A stretch of 64,000 bases of DNA from Planctomycetaceae bacterium (GCA_040255465.1 JBDZVA010000003.1:621174-685173); one strand, 5' to 3'. Counted from the first letter of the stretch, positions 1 to 8,160 are shown. Numbers and translations: made by a program. The notes: generated from the sequence alone by a model not told the origin.

Positions 1-441
1 TTGGACGCTCTTGATCTCCTGCAGACCGGAGTCGAGGACGGGGCCGACGGCTTCAAACTCGTTGAGGCCGTGCCGCGTGGCCAGCGTCGGGCCGGCATCC
101 ATCGCCAACGGCGGCGGCCAGGGCTTGGGATTGCCCTTCGCATCGGCCCACGCGCTTTGCGGGCTGACCCAGGAGAACATGCCGCCGTAGTAGGTGTATT
201 CATCGCTCGGGGCGGCGGGCTCATCGAGATCCTTCACCCACAGCAGGTTGTACCTGCCGCGCGGCCCGAACCGGATGAGTCGATCGTGCGTGGTGTCATA
301 CTCCGCGACGAGTCCAGAACCGATGATCCGCTGGTGCAACCGCGGCTTGTAGGGGCCATAGCACCCTGCCACACAAAGAGCCAGCAGACCCGCCACGGCG
401 AGTCTCGATAGGTCGCGCCACGAACTTGAAGACCGGTTCAC
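1..441 (-). CDS. Putative lipoprotein (C-terminus lies beyond window start)
   Basis: Minus-strand frame is open from the window edge up to GTG at 441-439, with GGGAGGAG 5 nt upstream. N-terminus VNRSSSSWRDLSRLAVAGLLALCVAGC has a signal peptide plus lipobox. Missing from the ORF track because it runs off the window. The overlapping + ORF 1..411 is an Arg/Gly-rich shadow. Confidence 0.5.
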   Translation of the reverse strand, partial: MNRSSSSWRDLSRLAVAGLLALCVAGCYGPYKPRLHQRIIGSGLVAEYDTTHDRLIRFGPRGRYNLLWVKDLDEPAAPSDEYTYYGGMFSWVSPQSAWADAKGNPKPWPPPLAMDAGPTLATRHGLNEFEAVGPVLDSGLQEIKSVQ

Positions 442-545
442 GCTGACTCCTCCCGATGGTCGCCCGGGTTCCGGCGCAGCGGCCCGTCGGCCGGGGCTGC
501 ACCTGCGGGTCAGTTTAGCGCGGCGAGACGGCGATCGAAACCGGG

Positions 546-905
546 TCATTCGGCATCACCTGCCGGAGCCTTGGCTTCTTCGGGATCCAGCGAAGGGGCG
601 CGACCCTCGTCCACGTCGGCGTCGGGAGAATCAGCGGCCCGACCCGAGATCGCGTCGATCCGTTCGCGGAGATCGCCCACGTAGGAGATGCGGATGCCGA
701 AGTTCTCGGTGATCTTGACCGCCGAGCCGACGCCGATGGCAACGTTGTTGACCAGCAGCTCGAGTTCCTCATCCGCGTTCTTGGCCATCTCGATGATCAT
801 GCCGGGCACCCACTGGACGACCTCATCCACGTGCATGGCCCGCTCGGCGATGCGAACGATCAGCGGGACCTCGAGTTTGAGTATGGACCTGATATCGGAC
901 TTCAT
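546..905 (-). CDS. fliN: Flagellar motor switch protein FliN (SpoA domain)
   Basis: 119 aa. FliN/SpoA-type sequence LKLEVPLIVRIAERAMHVDEVVQWVPGMIIEM...LELLVNNVAIGVGSAVKITENFGIRI. GAGGAAAG lies upstream of the ATG at 905. Confidence 0.85.
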   Translation of the reverse strand: MKSDIRSILKLEVPLIVRIAERAMHVDEVVQWVPGMIIEMAKNADEELELLVNNVAIGVGSAVKITENFGIRISYVGDLRERIDAISGRAADSPDADVDEGRAPSLDPEEAKAPAGDAE

Positions 906-953
906 CGTCTTTCCTCTATCGGATAAGTCGGGGCGGGAGTCGAAGAAAAGGTG

Positions 954-1030
954 GGGGCAGTTGGGGCAGGTGAGGGGGTGTCGGGGTGAAGGGGTGAAGG
1001 GGTGATGGGGTGAAGGGGTGATGGGGTGAT
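954..1030 (+). repeat. G-tract array: 7 tandem octamers GGGGTGAW (975-1030) preceded by three more G4-5 runs
   Basis: Direct reading gives ggggtgtc ggggtgaa ggggtgaa ggggtgat ggggtgaa ggggtgat ggggtgat. It fits the G4-N4-G4-N4 quadruplex pattern and sits 70 nt upstream of the fliN start, on the opposite strand. Confidence 0.9.
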
Positions 1031-1600
1031 GTCCTTCGGCGGGGACTCAGGATCTGCGAGGGTGATTGGGGGTACCAGACTGACGCGCGAGCGAAGAGTT
1101 TGAGTTCGGAGAGGCGTTCGTCCTCGCTGGCGCTTCGGTCTGGTTGAGTCGTCCATGACGATGCGGGTTGTCGGCGATTGAAAAGCATGTCTACCTATGG
1201 GGATTCGCGTGCGCGGGCGTGCGCGGCGGGGCTGGATGGCGCTGCAGGAGACGGGGTGGCGAGGATCGAGTCGCGCGAGGTCGAGCGACTTTTTTCGCGG
1301 GCGGCGCAGCGCCAGGCGCGATTGCGAAAAATGTGCAACGCAAAATGCGTGCCAACACGGAGATGCACCATGTCGGGAACTTTTCATGCGCGCCGGAGCG
1401 CTCCTGTGCGCGATTTTTGAGCGCGGGCGCGCGCTGCGGCGCGCGTTTGTGTAAATGAGCGCCTCTGTGCGGGCCGAATCAGGAATTTTCGCCGATTTTC
1501 ATTTTTCTGAGGGGGGTGATTTCGAGTTTTGCTCAACTTTTTTGCGTTTTCGAGAAAGCCGCGCACGGGATGCGATTGAGGTGGTGCGCTTGCGCGTGAG

Positions 1601-1632
1601 GGGGTGAATGGGTGACGAGGTGAAGGGGAGTG
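1601..1632 (+). repeat. Degenerate second copy of the GGGGTGAW octamer array
   Basis: ggggtgaa tgggtgac gaggtgaa ggggagtg, in the same orientation as the 975-1030 array. The two arrays bracket ~570 bp with no convincing ORF. Confidence 0.7.
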
Positions 1633-1649
1633 GTGTCGCGCGGGCCGCG

Positions 1650-2435
1650 TCAGGGTGTCACGCGTGGCAAGATCGCCGCGCCGCATTCGGGGCAGGTGCC
1701 GGTGGTGCTGGCTCGGAGATCGTAGTTGCAGTTGGGGCAGTGGCCGGCGCGGCGGCGGAGGTGGCGGCGCGTTGCTCGGAGCAACCGGAAGCACACCACC
1801 AGCATCGACAGCGCTGCCGCATAGAGCAGCGTGTTGCTGATGGCGCCGTGCCAGTGGATCCTGAGCGGGATGACGCGTGGCGTGATCCATGGGCCAGGTT
1901 GGGTATTGGCGAGCACGGCGCCATCATGCACGTCAAACCCGCCGGAGACGTTGCGCCACCGGGCGACGTAGGAGGCGCTGGTCATCGGCCAGCCACAGCC
2001 CACCTCGACAAACCAATCCCAGAGATAGATGGTCGGGTAGCAGTTCGGATCTCGATTCGCCGCGAGGCGCGTGAAGCGCGACCATGCGGGCGGCTCGCCT
2101 GCGCCGTCGACGAGTTCAAACTCATCCTCCCAGACGACCGTGTTCCAGTCGATCGGCGGCGGCGCCGCCAGGGTTCGAGGGCCGACCGGCGCGGCTGAAT
2201 ACGCGCCGAAGAGGACCTCGCGGCCGGGGGACGGGTACCTGGCCAATTGGAGACGGGCGGACCACCGGCCTTGAGATCCCTGGAGGTTCCAGCCGGTGCC
2301 ATTGCTGTAGGGGTACGTCCCCACCAGGCCGAATCCCGCGGCCACGACGTACTGAGCGAAGGCGCCGAGCAGGAGGCAGCCGATGAGTTGTTTGACGAGT
2401 CGGCCGAGCGCGGAGGATGGGCGGGTGCGCGGCAT
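1650..2435 (-). CDS. Membrane protein with C-terminal double-CxxC zinc ribbon (TM / Arg-rich / ZnR family)
   Basis: 261 aa. N-terminal TM (LIGCLLLGAFAQYVVAAGFGLV), central non-hydrophobic domain, second TM (LLYAAALSMLVVCF), then RLLRATRRHLRRRAGHCPNCNYDLRASTTGTCPECG. Confidence 0.6.
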   Translation of the reverse strand: MPRTRPSSALGRLVKQLIGCLLLGAFAQYVVAAGFGLVGTYPYSNGTGWNLQGSQGRWSARLQLARYPSPGREVLFGAYSAAPVGPRTLAAPPPIDWNTVVWEDEFELVDGAGEPPAWSRFTRLAANRDPNCYPTIYLWDWFVEVGCGWPMTSASYVARWRNVSGGFDVHDGAVLANTQPGPWITPRVIPLRIHWHGAISNTLLYAAALSMLVVCFRLLRATRRHLRRRAGHCPNCNYDLRASTTGTCPECGAAILPRVTP

Positions 2436-2444
2436 CGGGGGATG

Positions 2445-2531
2445 TTACGTCGTTGTGTTTGGACTGATCGCCGCGCCGCATTCGGGGCAGGTGCCGGTGG
2501 CTCGGGGGTCGTGGTTGATGCGTTTCTCGCG
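2445..2531 (-). pseudogene. Remnant of a zinc-ribbon family gene (distal half of the ribbon only)
   Basis: Frame ends ...INHDPRATGTCPECGAAISPNTTT*. Positions 2466-2500 (35 nt) are identical to 1671-1705 in the intact neighbour. No TM or N-terminal part is present; the upstream frame is low-complexity. Confidence 0.4.
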
Positions 2532-2611
2532 GGCCTGGATCACAGCCTGTCTCGGCGTGCACGCTACTTGCTCACTTGCACTCATAACGCAATGCGTAGG
2601 ATTGAAGTGGA

Positions 2612-3607
2612 ATGAATGGTGCCCAGGCGATTCTGCTTTTCGCGATTCTGGCTTGGTGCATCTACTTTGGTATTCTCGGCTATGCGATTTGTGCCTTGTG
2701 GAGGCGCAGATGCCGATTGCGCCAACGTCAGTGCATAGGTTGCGCCTATGACCTAGAGGCTCAAATCGATTCCCCTGTCTTACGATGCCCTGAGTGTGGA
2801 GCCGTACAGCCGGGACGGATGGAATGCGTGCTGCTGCAAAGGCGGATGAGGATTCTGGCCGTGTTGACCGCAGCGTCAACGATCGTCGCGATAGCCTTGG
2901 TCGCGCGAGACTGGGCGTATTCGGGCGGCCCGAGCCTCGCGGACTTGCATTCTCGGTCGGCGACAGGGTCCGGCCGGCGGGCAGCCGCAATGCCGCGGGG
3001 AGCTTCGCTCGCGATCGATCAGATTGACACATTGTGGCTGAGTCGCTGGGAGTGGATCCACTTCGACTCACAACGTCGGTATCCCTCTGACGTGGCGCCA
3101 ACGGGGCAGGGAAACTTCGACTGGGACTCTATTCGCACGGATATCATGGCAGAGGAGCAAGATGTGCGCGTTCGGTTCCAGAGCGACCGAACTTACGCCA
3201 TGGAGTTTCTTCGGGAATACCTGTTGCCGTGCATTCAAGTTGGCGAGGCGCTCCGACTGAAAGACGGGGGCATCGCGATCAACCTGTTCATAATCCCGCC
3301 GGCCACCATAAATGCCGGGTTTGAAGTCCATCTGGTCAAGGTGTCTCATCTCGCGCATACGGTTTTTGTGTCTGATGACTCAACGCCCACGTGCGCGGTC
3401 ACAGGGGTAGCGGACGCCGAACGCACCACCACTGGGGCATACGTTGATCGTCCTGCGGAACTGACAGTTGTTCTTGATTCGCTGTCGTGGGGATCCGACT
3501 CCCAGTACGAGGTGAAGTGCGAGTGGGAGGCCTGGATCGTGCTCGAAGGAGCGCGCCTGGGTCCTTTGCACTGTGAGACTTTGCGTGTCATAAGTCTCAG
3601 CAAGTAG
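2612..3607 (+). CDS. Membrane protein of the TM / Arg-rich / zinc-ribbon family (ZnR near N-terminus)
   Basis: 331 aa. TM (AILLFAILAWCIYFGILGYAICAL), then WRRRCRLRQRQCIGCAYDLEAQIDSPVLRCPECG, a second TM (ILAVLTAASTIVAIALV), then a ~230-aa domain. GC is visibly lower than the surroundings (30/60 and 36/60 in two lines I counted), with rare codons such as tta and ata. Confidence 0.55.
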   Translation: MNGAQAILLFAILAWCIYFGILGYAICALWRRRCRLRQRQCIGCAYDLEAQIDSPVLRCPECGAVQPGRMECVLLQRRMRILAVLTAASTIVAIALVARDWAYSGGPSLADLHSRSATGSGRRAAAMPRGASLAIDQIDTLWLSRWEWIHFDSQRRYPSDVAPTGQGNFDWDSIRTDIMAEEQDVRVRFQSDRTYAMEFLREYLLPCIQVGEALRLKDGGIAINLFIIPPATINAGFEVHLVKVSHLAHTVFVSDDSTPTCAVTGVADAERTTTGAYVDRPAELTVVLDSLSWGSDSQYEVKCEWEAWIVLEGARLGPLHCETLRVISLSK

Positions 3608-3608
3608 C

Positions 3609-3746
3609 CGGGTGCCGTGGTCTAGAGGGCCGGCGTGCGACCGGAAGGCCACGCGGGCGCGCGGCGGGTGGGCTGTTCACTTTGAGAGTCAATCGCGCGA
3701 ACGCGTGGCCTTCTCTCTCCGAGCTTCGGTCAGACCACGGCACCCG
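3609..3746. other. Nested inverted-repeat element (15-bp outer stem, 12-bp inner stem)
   Basis: Outer stem cgggtgccgtggtct (3609-3623) pairs with agaccacggcacccg (3732-3746). Inner stem gaaggccacgcg (3644-3655) pairs with cgcgtggccttc (3702-3713). Small CCGG...CCGG and CCGA...TCGG hairpins lie between them. It starts 2 nt after the stop of the 2612..3607 gene. Confidence 0.6.
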
Positions 3747-3816
3747 AACCCACTTCCGCGCCGCAATCGGGGCAGGCGCCGGTGGTGGTGGCACGGAGGT
3801 CGTAGTCGCGCGGACT
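3730..3816 (-). pseudogene. Second remnant of a zinc-ribbon family gene
   Basis: Frame ends ...SPRDYDLRATTTGACPDCGAEVGSGAVV*. Positions 3756-3810 resemble 1674-1730 with a few mismatches. It abuts the REP-like repeats and has no upstream coding partner. Confidence 0.4.
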
Positions 3817-3876
3817 CTGCGACGCGTGCGTCGCCGCTAGTCTGTTGAGATTCTGCGACGCATGCGTCGCCGCTAA
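3817..3876 (+). repeat. Composite REP-like element: two palindromic units separated by 12 nt
   Basis: ctgcgacgcgtgcgtcgccgctag (3817-3840), spacer tctgttgagatt, then ctgcgacgcatgcgtcgccgctaa (3853-3876). The core GCGACGCATGCGTCGC is a perfect 16-nt palindrome. Confidence 0.85.
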
Positions 3877-3910
3877 AATTTGGTGGGTTGTTGCTGCTTT
3901 GGAGGCGACT

Positions 3911-5071
3911 GTGAATCGACACTTCGATGTCATTGTCATCGGCGTGGGCAGTATGGGGGCGGCGGCGTGTTGGGAACTGCTGCGGCGCGAGCCTTCGCTG
4001 CGCGTGCTTGGGGTGGAGCAGTTTGACATTCCCAATGCGATGGGGAGTCATCACGGGCATTGCCGGGCGTTTCGCACTGCTTACTTCGAGCATCCTGACT
4101 ATGTCGCGCTGCTGCAGCGTTCGCTGGATCTGTGGCGCGAGATCGAAGCGGAGAGCGGCACGGCGCTGCTGCACCTGACCGGTGGGTTGTACCTGGGGCG
4201 GCCGGACTCGGCGCTGGTGCGCGATTCGATCGGCGCGGCGGAGTTGCACGGGCTGGGGCATGCGATCGTGCAGCGCGATGAACTGGCAGCGCGGTATCCG
4301 CAGTTTCGCGTCGGCGCCGATTGGATCGGATTCTTCGAGGAGCAGGCGGGGTATGTGCTGGCCGAGCAGACCGTGGCGGCGTATGCGCAGGCGGCGCGGA
4401 AGCGCGGGGCCGAACTGCACGAGCGCGAGGCGGTGCGGTCGTGGCGGGCGGGGCCCTCGAGCGTGACGGTAACGACGGATCGGGCGACGTATGAGGCGGA
4501 TCAACTCATCATCGCGGCCGGGGCGTGGGCGGGGCGCGCGATCGCGGATCTGGGCGTGGAGTTGAGCGTGACGCGGCAGGTGGTCGGGTGGTTTGAGCCG
4601 GGCGCGGCGGAGCTGTTCGGCGCGGATCGGTTTCCGATGTGGGGGATCGAGTCGGCGGCGGACGGGCCGGGGATCTGGTACGGCTTTCCGTTGATGGCGG
4701 AGAGCCCGGGTTTGAAGATCGGGCACCACTGGCCGGGCGAGGCGTGCGATGTGGAGTCGGTTGATCGCGAGGTGCGGCGTGAAGATGAGGATGTGCTGCG
4801 CAGCGCGATGCGGCGGTTTGTGCCGAATGGGGCCGGCGCGATGGTGGCGGCGCAGACGTGTTTGTACGCGAACAGTCCGGACGGGCATTTCATCGTGGAT
4901 CGGCATCCAAATCCGGCGCGGCATGATCGCGTGACGATTGCATGCGGCTTCAGTGGGCACGGGTTCAAGTTTGTGCCGGTGATCGGAAGGGCGCTGGCGG
5001 AGCTGGCGATTGATGGGGTGTCGAGCGAGGCGATCGGGTTTCTGGGGCTGGGGCGGTTGGGGTTGAAGTAA
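3911..5071 (+). CDS. FAD-dependent amine oxidase, monomeric sarcosine / N-methyltryptophan oxidase-like
   Basis: Dinucleotide-binding motif FDVIVIGVGSMGAAACWELL at the N-terminus and ACGFSGHGFKFVPVIG near the C-terminus, typical of the MSOX/SolA family. Start set at GTG 3911, 5 nt after GGAGG, in frame with ORF 3845..5071. Confidence 0.8.
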   Translation: MNRHFDVIVIGVGSMGAAACWELLRREPSLRVLGVEQFDIPNAMGSHHGHCRAFRTAYFEHPDYVALLQRSLDLWREIEAESGTALLHLTGGLYLGRPDSALVRDSIGAAELHGLGHAIVQRDELAARYPQFRVGADWIGFFEEQAGYVLAEQTVAAYAQAARKRGAELHEREAVRSWRAGPSSVTVTTDRATYEADQLIIAAGAWAGRAIADLGVELSVTRQVVGWFEPGAAELFGADRFPMWGIESAADGPGIWYGFPLMAESPGLKIGHHWPGEACDVESVDREVRREDEDVLRSAMRRFVPNGAGAMVAAQTCLYANSPDGHFIVDRHPNPARHDRVTIACGFSGHGFKFVPVIGRALAELAIDGVSSEAIGFLGLGRLGLK

Positions 5072-5189
5072 GAGGTGCGCTGCGCGGGCTGAGCGGAACT
5101 GGATTCCGGCCTTCGCCGGAATGACGGAGGACGGGGAGTGCGGCGTGTGGTGTTGAGTTGCGAGGCATGCGTTGCTGCTGAACGCATGT

Positions 5190-5270
5190 GGCGACGCATG
5201 TGTCGCCGCTAAGCTCGTGAGACTCTGCGACGCATGTGTCGCCGCTAAACGTGTTTGGCGTCGCCGCTAA
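5190..5270 (+). repeat. Composite REP-like element (two full units plus one half unit)
   Basis: ggcgacgcatgtgtcgccgctaa (5190-5212), spacer gctcgtgagact, ctgcgacgcatgtgtcgccgctaa (5225-5248), and half unit ggcgtcgccgctaa (5257-5270). Orientation and 12-nt spacing match 3817-3876. A separate 8-bp hairpin attccggc/gccggaat lies at 5103-5122. Confidence 0.85.
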
Positions 5271-5298
5271 TCGTCCGGTGCGTTGATACACTCTGCCG

Positions 5299-7317
5299 GT
5301 GTCGCTGCTTAATCCATTCAGTGCGTTGATCCTGGCGGGCGTGGTCGTTCCGGCCCTGCTGCTGCTGTATTTTCTGAAACTGCGGCGCAAGGAGGTGTGG
5401 ATCGGTTCGACGATGCTGTGGAGCAAGGTCGTCGAGGACCTGCAGGCGAACACGCCGTTCCAGCGGTTGCGGGCGTCGTGGCTGCTGTTTCTGCAGTTGT
5501 TTCTGCTGCTCGCCCTGCTGCTGGCGCTGGCGCGGCCGATCTTCGGGCTCAAGCAGGGTGAGGGCGGGCAGCGACTCATCCTGCTCGTTGATGTGAGCGC
5601 TTCGATGGGAGCGGAAGAAGCGAAGACGGATGGAGAAGATCCGAAGACGCAAGCGGTGACGCGGCTGGCGCGTGCGAAGGCAGCGGCGGACGAGATGCTC
5701 GATCGCCTTCGACGCGGCGGCGATGAGGTGCAGGTGATGGTGGTCGCGTTCGCCACGCGGGCGCGGATTGCGCAGACGTTCACTTCCGACCTGCGGTTTG
5801 CCAGGGCGGCGATTGATTCGCTCGACGTGCTCGAAGAGCCCGGGTTGCTGGGGCCGGCGCTGCGGCTGGCGGAGACGTACGCCGGGCCCGAGCAATCGGG
5901 CAACGGGGAAGCGCCAGTGCGGACGGTGCTGCTGAGCGACGGACGGTTTGGTGATGATCAGACGCCGAGTTATGCGGGGGGTGAAGTTGAGTTTGTGTCG
6001 GTGAGTCAGCGAAGCGATGGCGCCGACGGGGGCGCGGCTGATGTCGACAATGTGGGCATTACGTTCCTGGCAGCACGGCGGGACATTGTCGATGTGTCGC
6101 AGGTTGATGTGCTCTGCGGGCTGGCGAGCACGGCGGCGGATCTGAAGACGGTGCGCGTCGAGTTTGCGATTGACGGAAACGTGCTCGAATCGCAGGCGGT
6201 GTCATTGGAGGCGCGCGAGGCGGGACAGCCGAGTGAAGGACTGGCGCGATTGCGGTTTGTGAACCTGGCTGGCGGCGTGCTGCGGGTGACGATCGCACGG
6301 GGTGATGCGCTGGCGACGGACAACACGGTGGGACTGTTGCTCTCGCCGCCGCGCAAGGCGACGCTGCTGGTGGTGTATCCGAGCGGCGAGAGTGCTGCGG
6401 ACGAGTACCTGATGAGCGTGGTGAATGAGTTGCCGCTGTATGAGGTGGAGACGTGGCCGGCGGACCGGTTCGAGACGCTGCTCAAGAGTGGTGAGGCGCT
6501 GCAGTCGAGCGATGGGCAGGCGTTCAGTGCTATCATCTTTGATCGAGTGTCGCCGAGCGCGGTGCCTGATGCGCCGACGCTGTCATTTGGCGCGCGGCCA
6601 CCGGTGCCGGGCCTGAGTCTGACGCCATCGGATGTTCCAAATCCGAGCCGGCGGATCCTGAGCTGGAGTCGGCAGAATCCGATCATGGCGAGCGTGGGTC
6701 TGGACACGATTGCGGTCGCTGACGAGCGGCGGCTGTCGCTGCCGGATAATGACAGCGAGGCGCTGGCGATCGCCGAGGGCGGGCCGATCATCGGCGTGGT
6801 CGAGCCGCGCCGGGGGCGGCGGCACATCTTGGTGAGCTTTGATCTGCGACAGAGCAACTGGCCGCTGCACGTGAGCTTTGCCATCTTCATGCAGAACGCG
6901 GTGGACTATCTCACGCAGCGCGGCAGCGCGGATGCCGGGCAGATGATCCAGACCGGCCAGACGATGACGCTGCGCGCATCGCCGGGCGCGACGAGTGTGA
7001 CACTGACGGGGCCGGATGAGCGGACGATGCCGGTGCGGGAAGATGGGTCGGTGACCATCGGGCCGCTGGATCGCGTGGGGGTGTATGACGCAGAGGGGCT
7101 GCCGGCGGAGAACGTGCCGATCATTGCGAACCTGCTCAGCGAGGTGGAGTCGAATCTGCTGCCGGTTGAATCGGTGCGGATCGGGCACGAAGCGGCGGCG
7201 GCGCAGACGGTGGATCGATCGACGCCGCGCGAATTGTGGCCGTGGCTGGTGGCGCTGGCGCTGGGCGTGCTTGGCGTGGAGTGGGTGGTTTTTCTTTTGC
7301 GGGCGCGGTGGCGGTGA
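5299..7317 (+). CDS. BatA-like membrane protein with von Willebrand factor A domain
   Basis: 672 aa. N-terminal double-TM segment LILAGVVVPALLLLYFLKLRRKEV...LFLQLFLLLALLLALARP resembles the aerotolerance BatA N-terminal domain. MIDAS-like LILLVDVSASMG. C-terminal TM WPWLVALALGVLGVEWVVFLL. Confidence 0.7.
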   Translation: MSLLNPFSALILAGVVVPALLLLYFLKLRRKEVWIGSTMLWSKVVEDLQANTPFQRLRASWLLFLQLFLLLALLLALARPIFGLKQGEGGQRLILLVDVSASMGAEEAKTDGEDPKTQAVTRLARAKAAADEMLDRLRRGGDEVQVMVVAFATRARIAQTFTSDLRFARAAIDSLDVLEEPGLLGPALRLAETYAGPEQSGNGEAPVRTVLLSDGRFGDDQTPSYAGGEVEFVSVSQRSDGADGGAADVDNVGITFLAARRDIVDVSQVDVLCGLASTAADLKTVRVEFAIDGNVLESQAVSLEAREAGQPSEGLARLRFVNLAGGVLRVTIARGDALATDNTVGLLLSPPRKATLLVVYPSGESAADEYLMSVVNELPLYEVETWPADRFETLLKSGEALQSSDGQAFSAIIFDRVSPSAVPDAPTLSFGARPPVPGLSLTPSDVPNPSRRILSWSRQNPIMASVGLDTIAVADERRLSLPDNDSEALAIAEGGPIIGVVEPRRGRRHILVSFDLRQSNWPLHVSFAIFMQNAVDYLTQRGSADAGQMIQTGQTMTLRASPGATSVTLTGPDERTMPVREDGSVTIGPLDRVGVYDAEGLPAENVPIIANLLSEVESNLLPVESVRIGHEAAAAQTVDRSTPRELWPWLVALALGVLGVEWVVFLLRARWR

Positions 7318-7350
7318 TTCGCGACGCTTCGCAGAGCCTGCGCATCGCGG

Positions 7351-8160
7351 CTAAACACGCCCCAGGCGCTGCTGCCACTCGCGGAGGCGCGCGTGGTCGG
7401 TGAGATCGAAGTGAAGCGGGGTGATGGTGATGTTGCCGGCGAGCATGGCTTGCACGTCGCTGCCGGTGGTGGTGTGCTGGAAGGCCATGCCGTCGCCGAC
7501 GCACCAGTAGTAGATCTGACCATTGGGACTGACGCGGCGTTCGTAGCGGTCGGTCATGCCGGCGAGGTTCATCGGGACGATCTTGATCGGCGGCAACTGG
7601 CCATCGCTGGTGGTCGAGGGGATGTTGATGTTGAGCACTGAACCGGGCTGGAGCGGGCCGTGCTCGAGGCAGCGCTGTATTGCCTCGCGCGCGTGGCGGG
7701 CGGCGACATCCCAGCGGACCTTTTCAAACGCGCGGCGGTTGAGTTCGCTCTCGACATAGAGGCTCACGGCGATTGAGGGCAGGCCGAGGAATGCGGCTTC
7801 GATCGCGGCCCCCACTGTTCCCGAGTAGATCACGTGGATGCCGACGTTGCAGCCCATGTTCATGCCCGAGACGACGAGGTCGGGGCGCGGATGCTCCGGA
7901 TGATGTTCGGGCCAGACGTTTTCGATGGCGAGTTTGACGCAGTCGGCGGGCCGGCCGTCGATGGCGAAGCCGGTCATGCGTTCGTTGATGCGCATCTGGC
8001 GGGCCATGAGCGGGACGTTAAAGGTCACGCTGTGGCTGGTGGCGGACTGCACTTCGAGCGGGGCGACGGTGAAGACTTCGCCGAGGTTGAGCAGTTCGCT
8101 GTGGAGGGCTTCGATACCCGGGGCGCGAAGGCCGTCGTCGTTGGTGAGGAGAATGCGCAT
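7351..8160 (-). CDS. surE: 5'/3'-nucleotidase SurE
   Basis: 269 aa. N-terminus MRILLTNDDGLRAPGIEAL and the later GTVGAAIEAAFLGLPSIAVS are characteristic of SurE. Confidence 0.9.
   Translation of the reverse strand: MRILLTNDDGLRAPGIEALHSELLNLGEVFTVAPLEVQSATSHSVTFNVPLMARQMRINERMTGFAIDGRPADCVKLAIENVWPEHHPEHPRPDLVVSGMNMGCNVGIHVIYSGTVGAAIEAAFLGLPSIAVSLYVESELNRRAFEKVRWDVAARHAREAIQRCLEHGPLQPGSVLNINIPSTTSDGQLPPIKIVPMNLAGMTDRYERRVSPNGQIYYWCVGDGMAFQHTTTGSDVQAMLAGNITITPLHFDLTDHARLREWQQRLGRV

Noticed and set aside
1-411. Plus-strand ORF 1..411.
   Set aside because: It is Arg/Gly-rich with no motifs. The opposite strand encodes a protein with a Shine-Dalgarno, signal peptide and lipobox.
975-1030. Possible CRISPR or minisatellite-encoded peptide (HPFTPSPLHPFTP...).
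   Set aside because: The repeat unit is only 8 nt, with no spacers and no cas genes. The peptide reading is an artefact of the repeat.
3617-3631. tRNA-like D-loop string gtggtctagaggg.
   Set aside because: No acceptor stem, anticodon arm or T-loop (GTTCRANYC) can be built around it. It is part of the long inverted repeat.
3817-5270. Integron attC / gene-cassette interpretation of the composite palindromes flanking the oxidase gene.
   Set aside because: The window has no integrase gene and no GTTRRRY core (the closest string is GTTGAGA). The units look like REP-type palindromes. I kept only the neutral 'bracketed by direct repeats' observation.
3689-5903. Long minus-strand ORFs 3689..4960 (423 aa) and 4965..5903 (312 aa). 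Similar giants occur elsewhere: 10490..11509, 19943..21568, 22440..23330, 51107..53179, 55683..57209, 61847..63022.
   Set aside because: They are extremely Arg/Pro/Ala/His-rich and lack recognisable motifs. Each lies antisense to a gene with clear family signatures. These are typical shadow ORFs of a high-GC genome.
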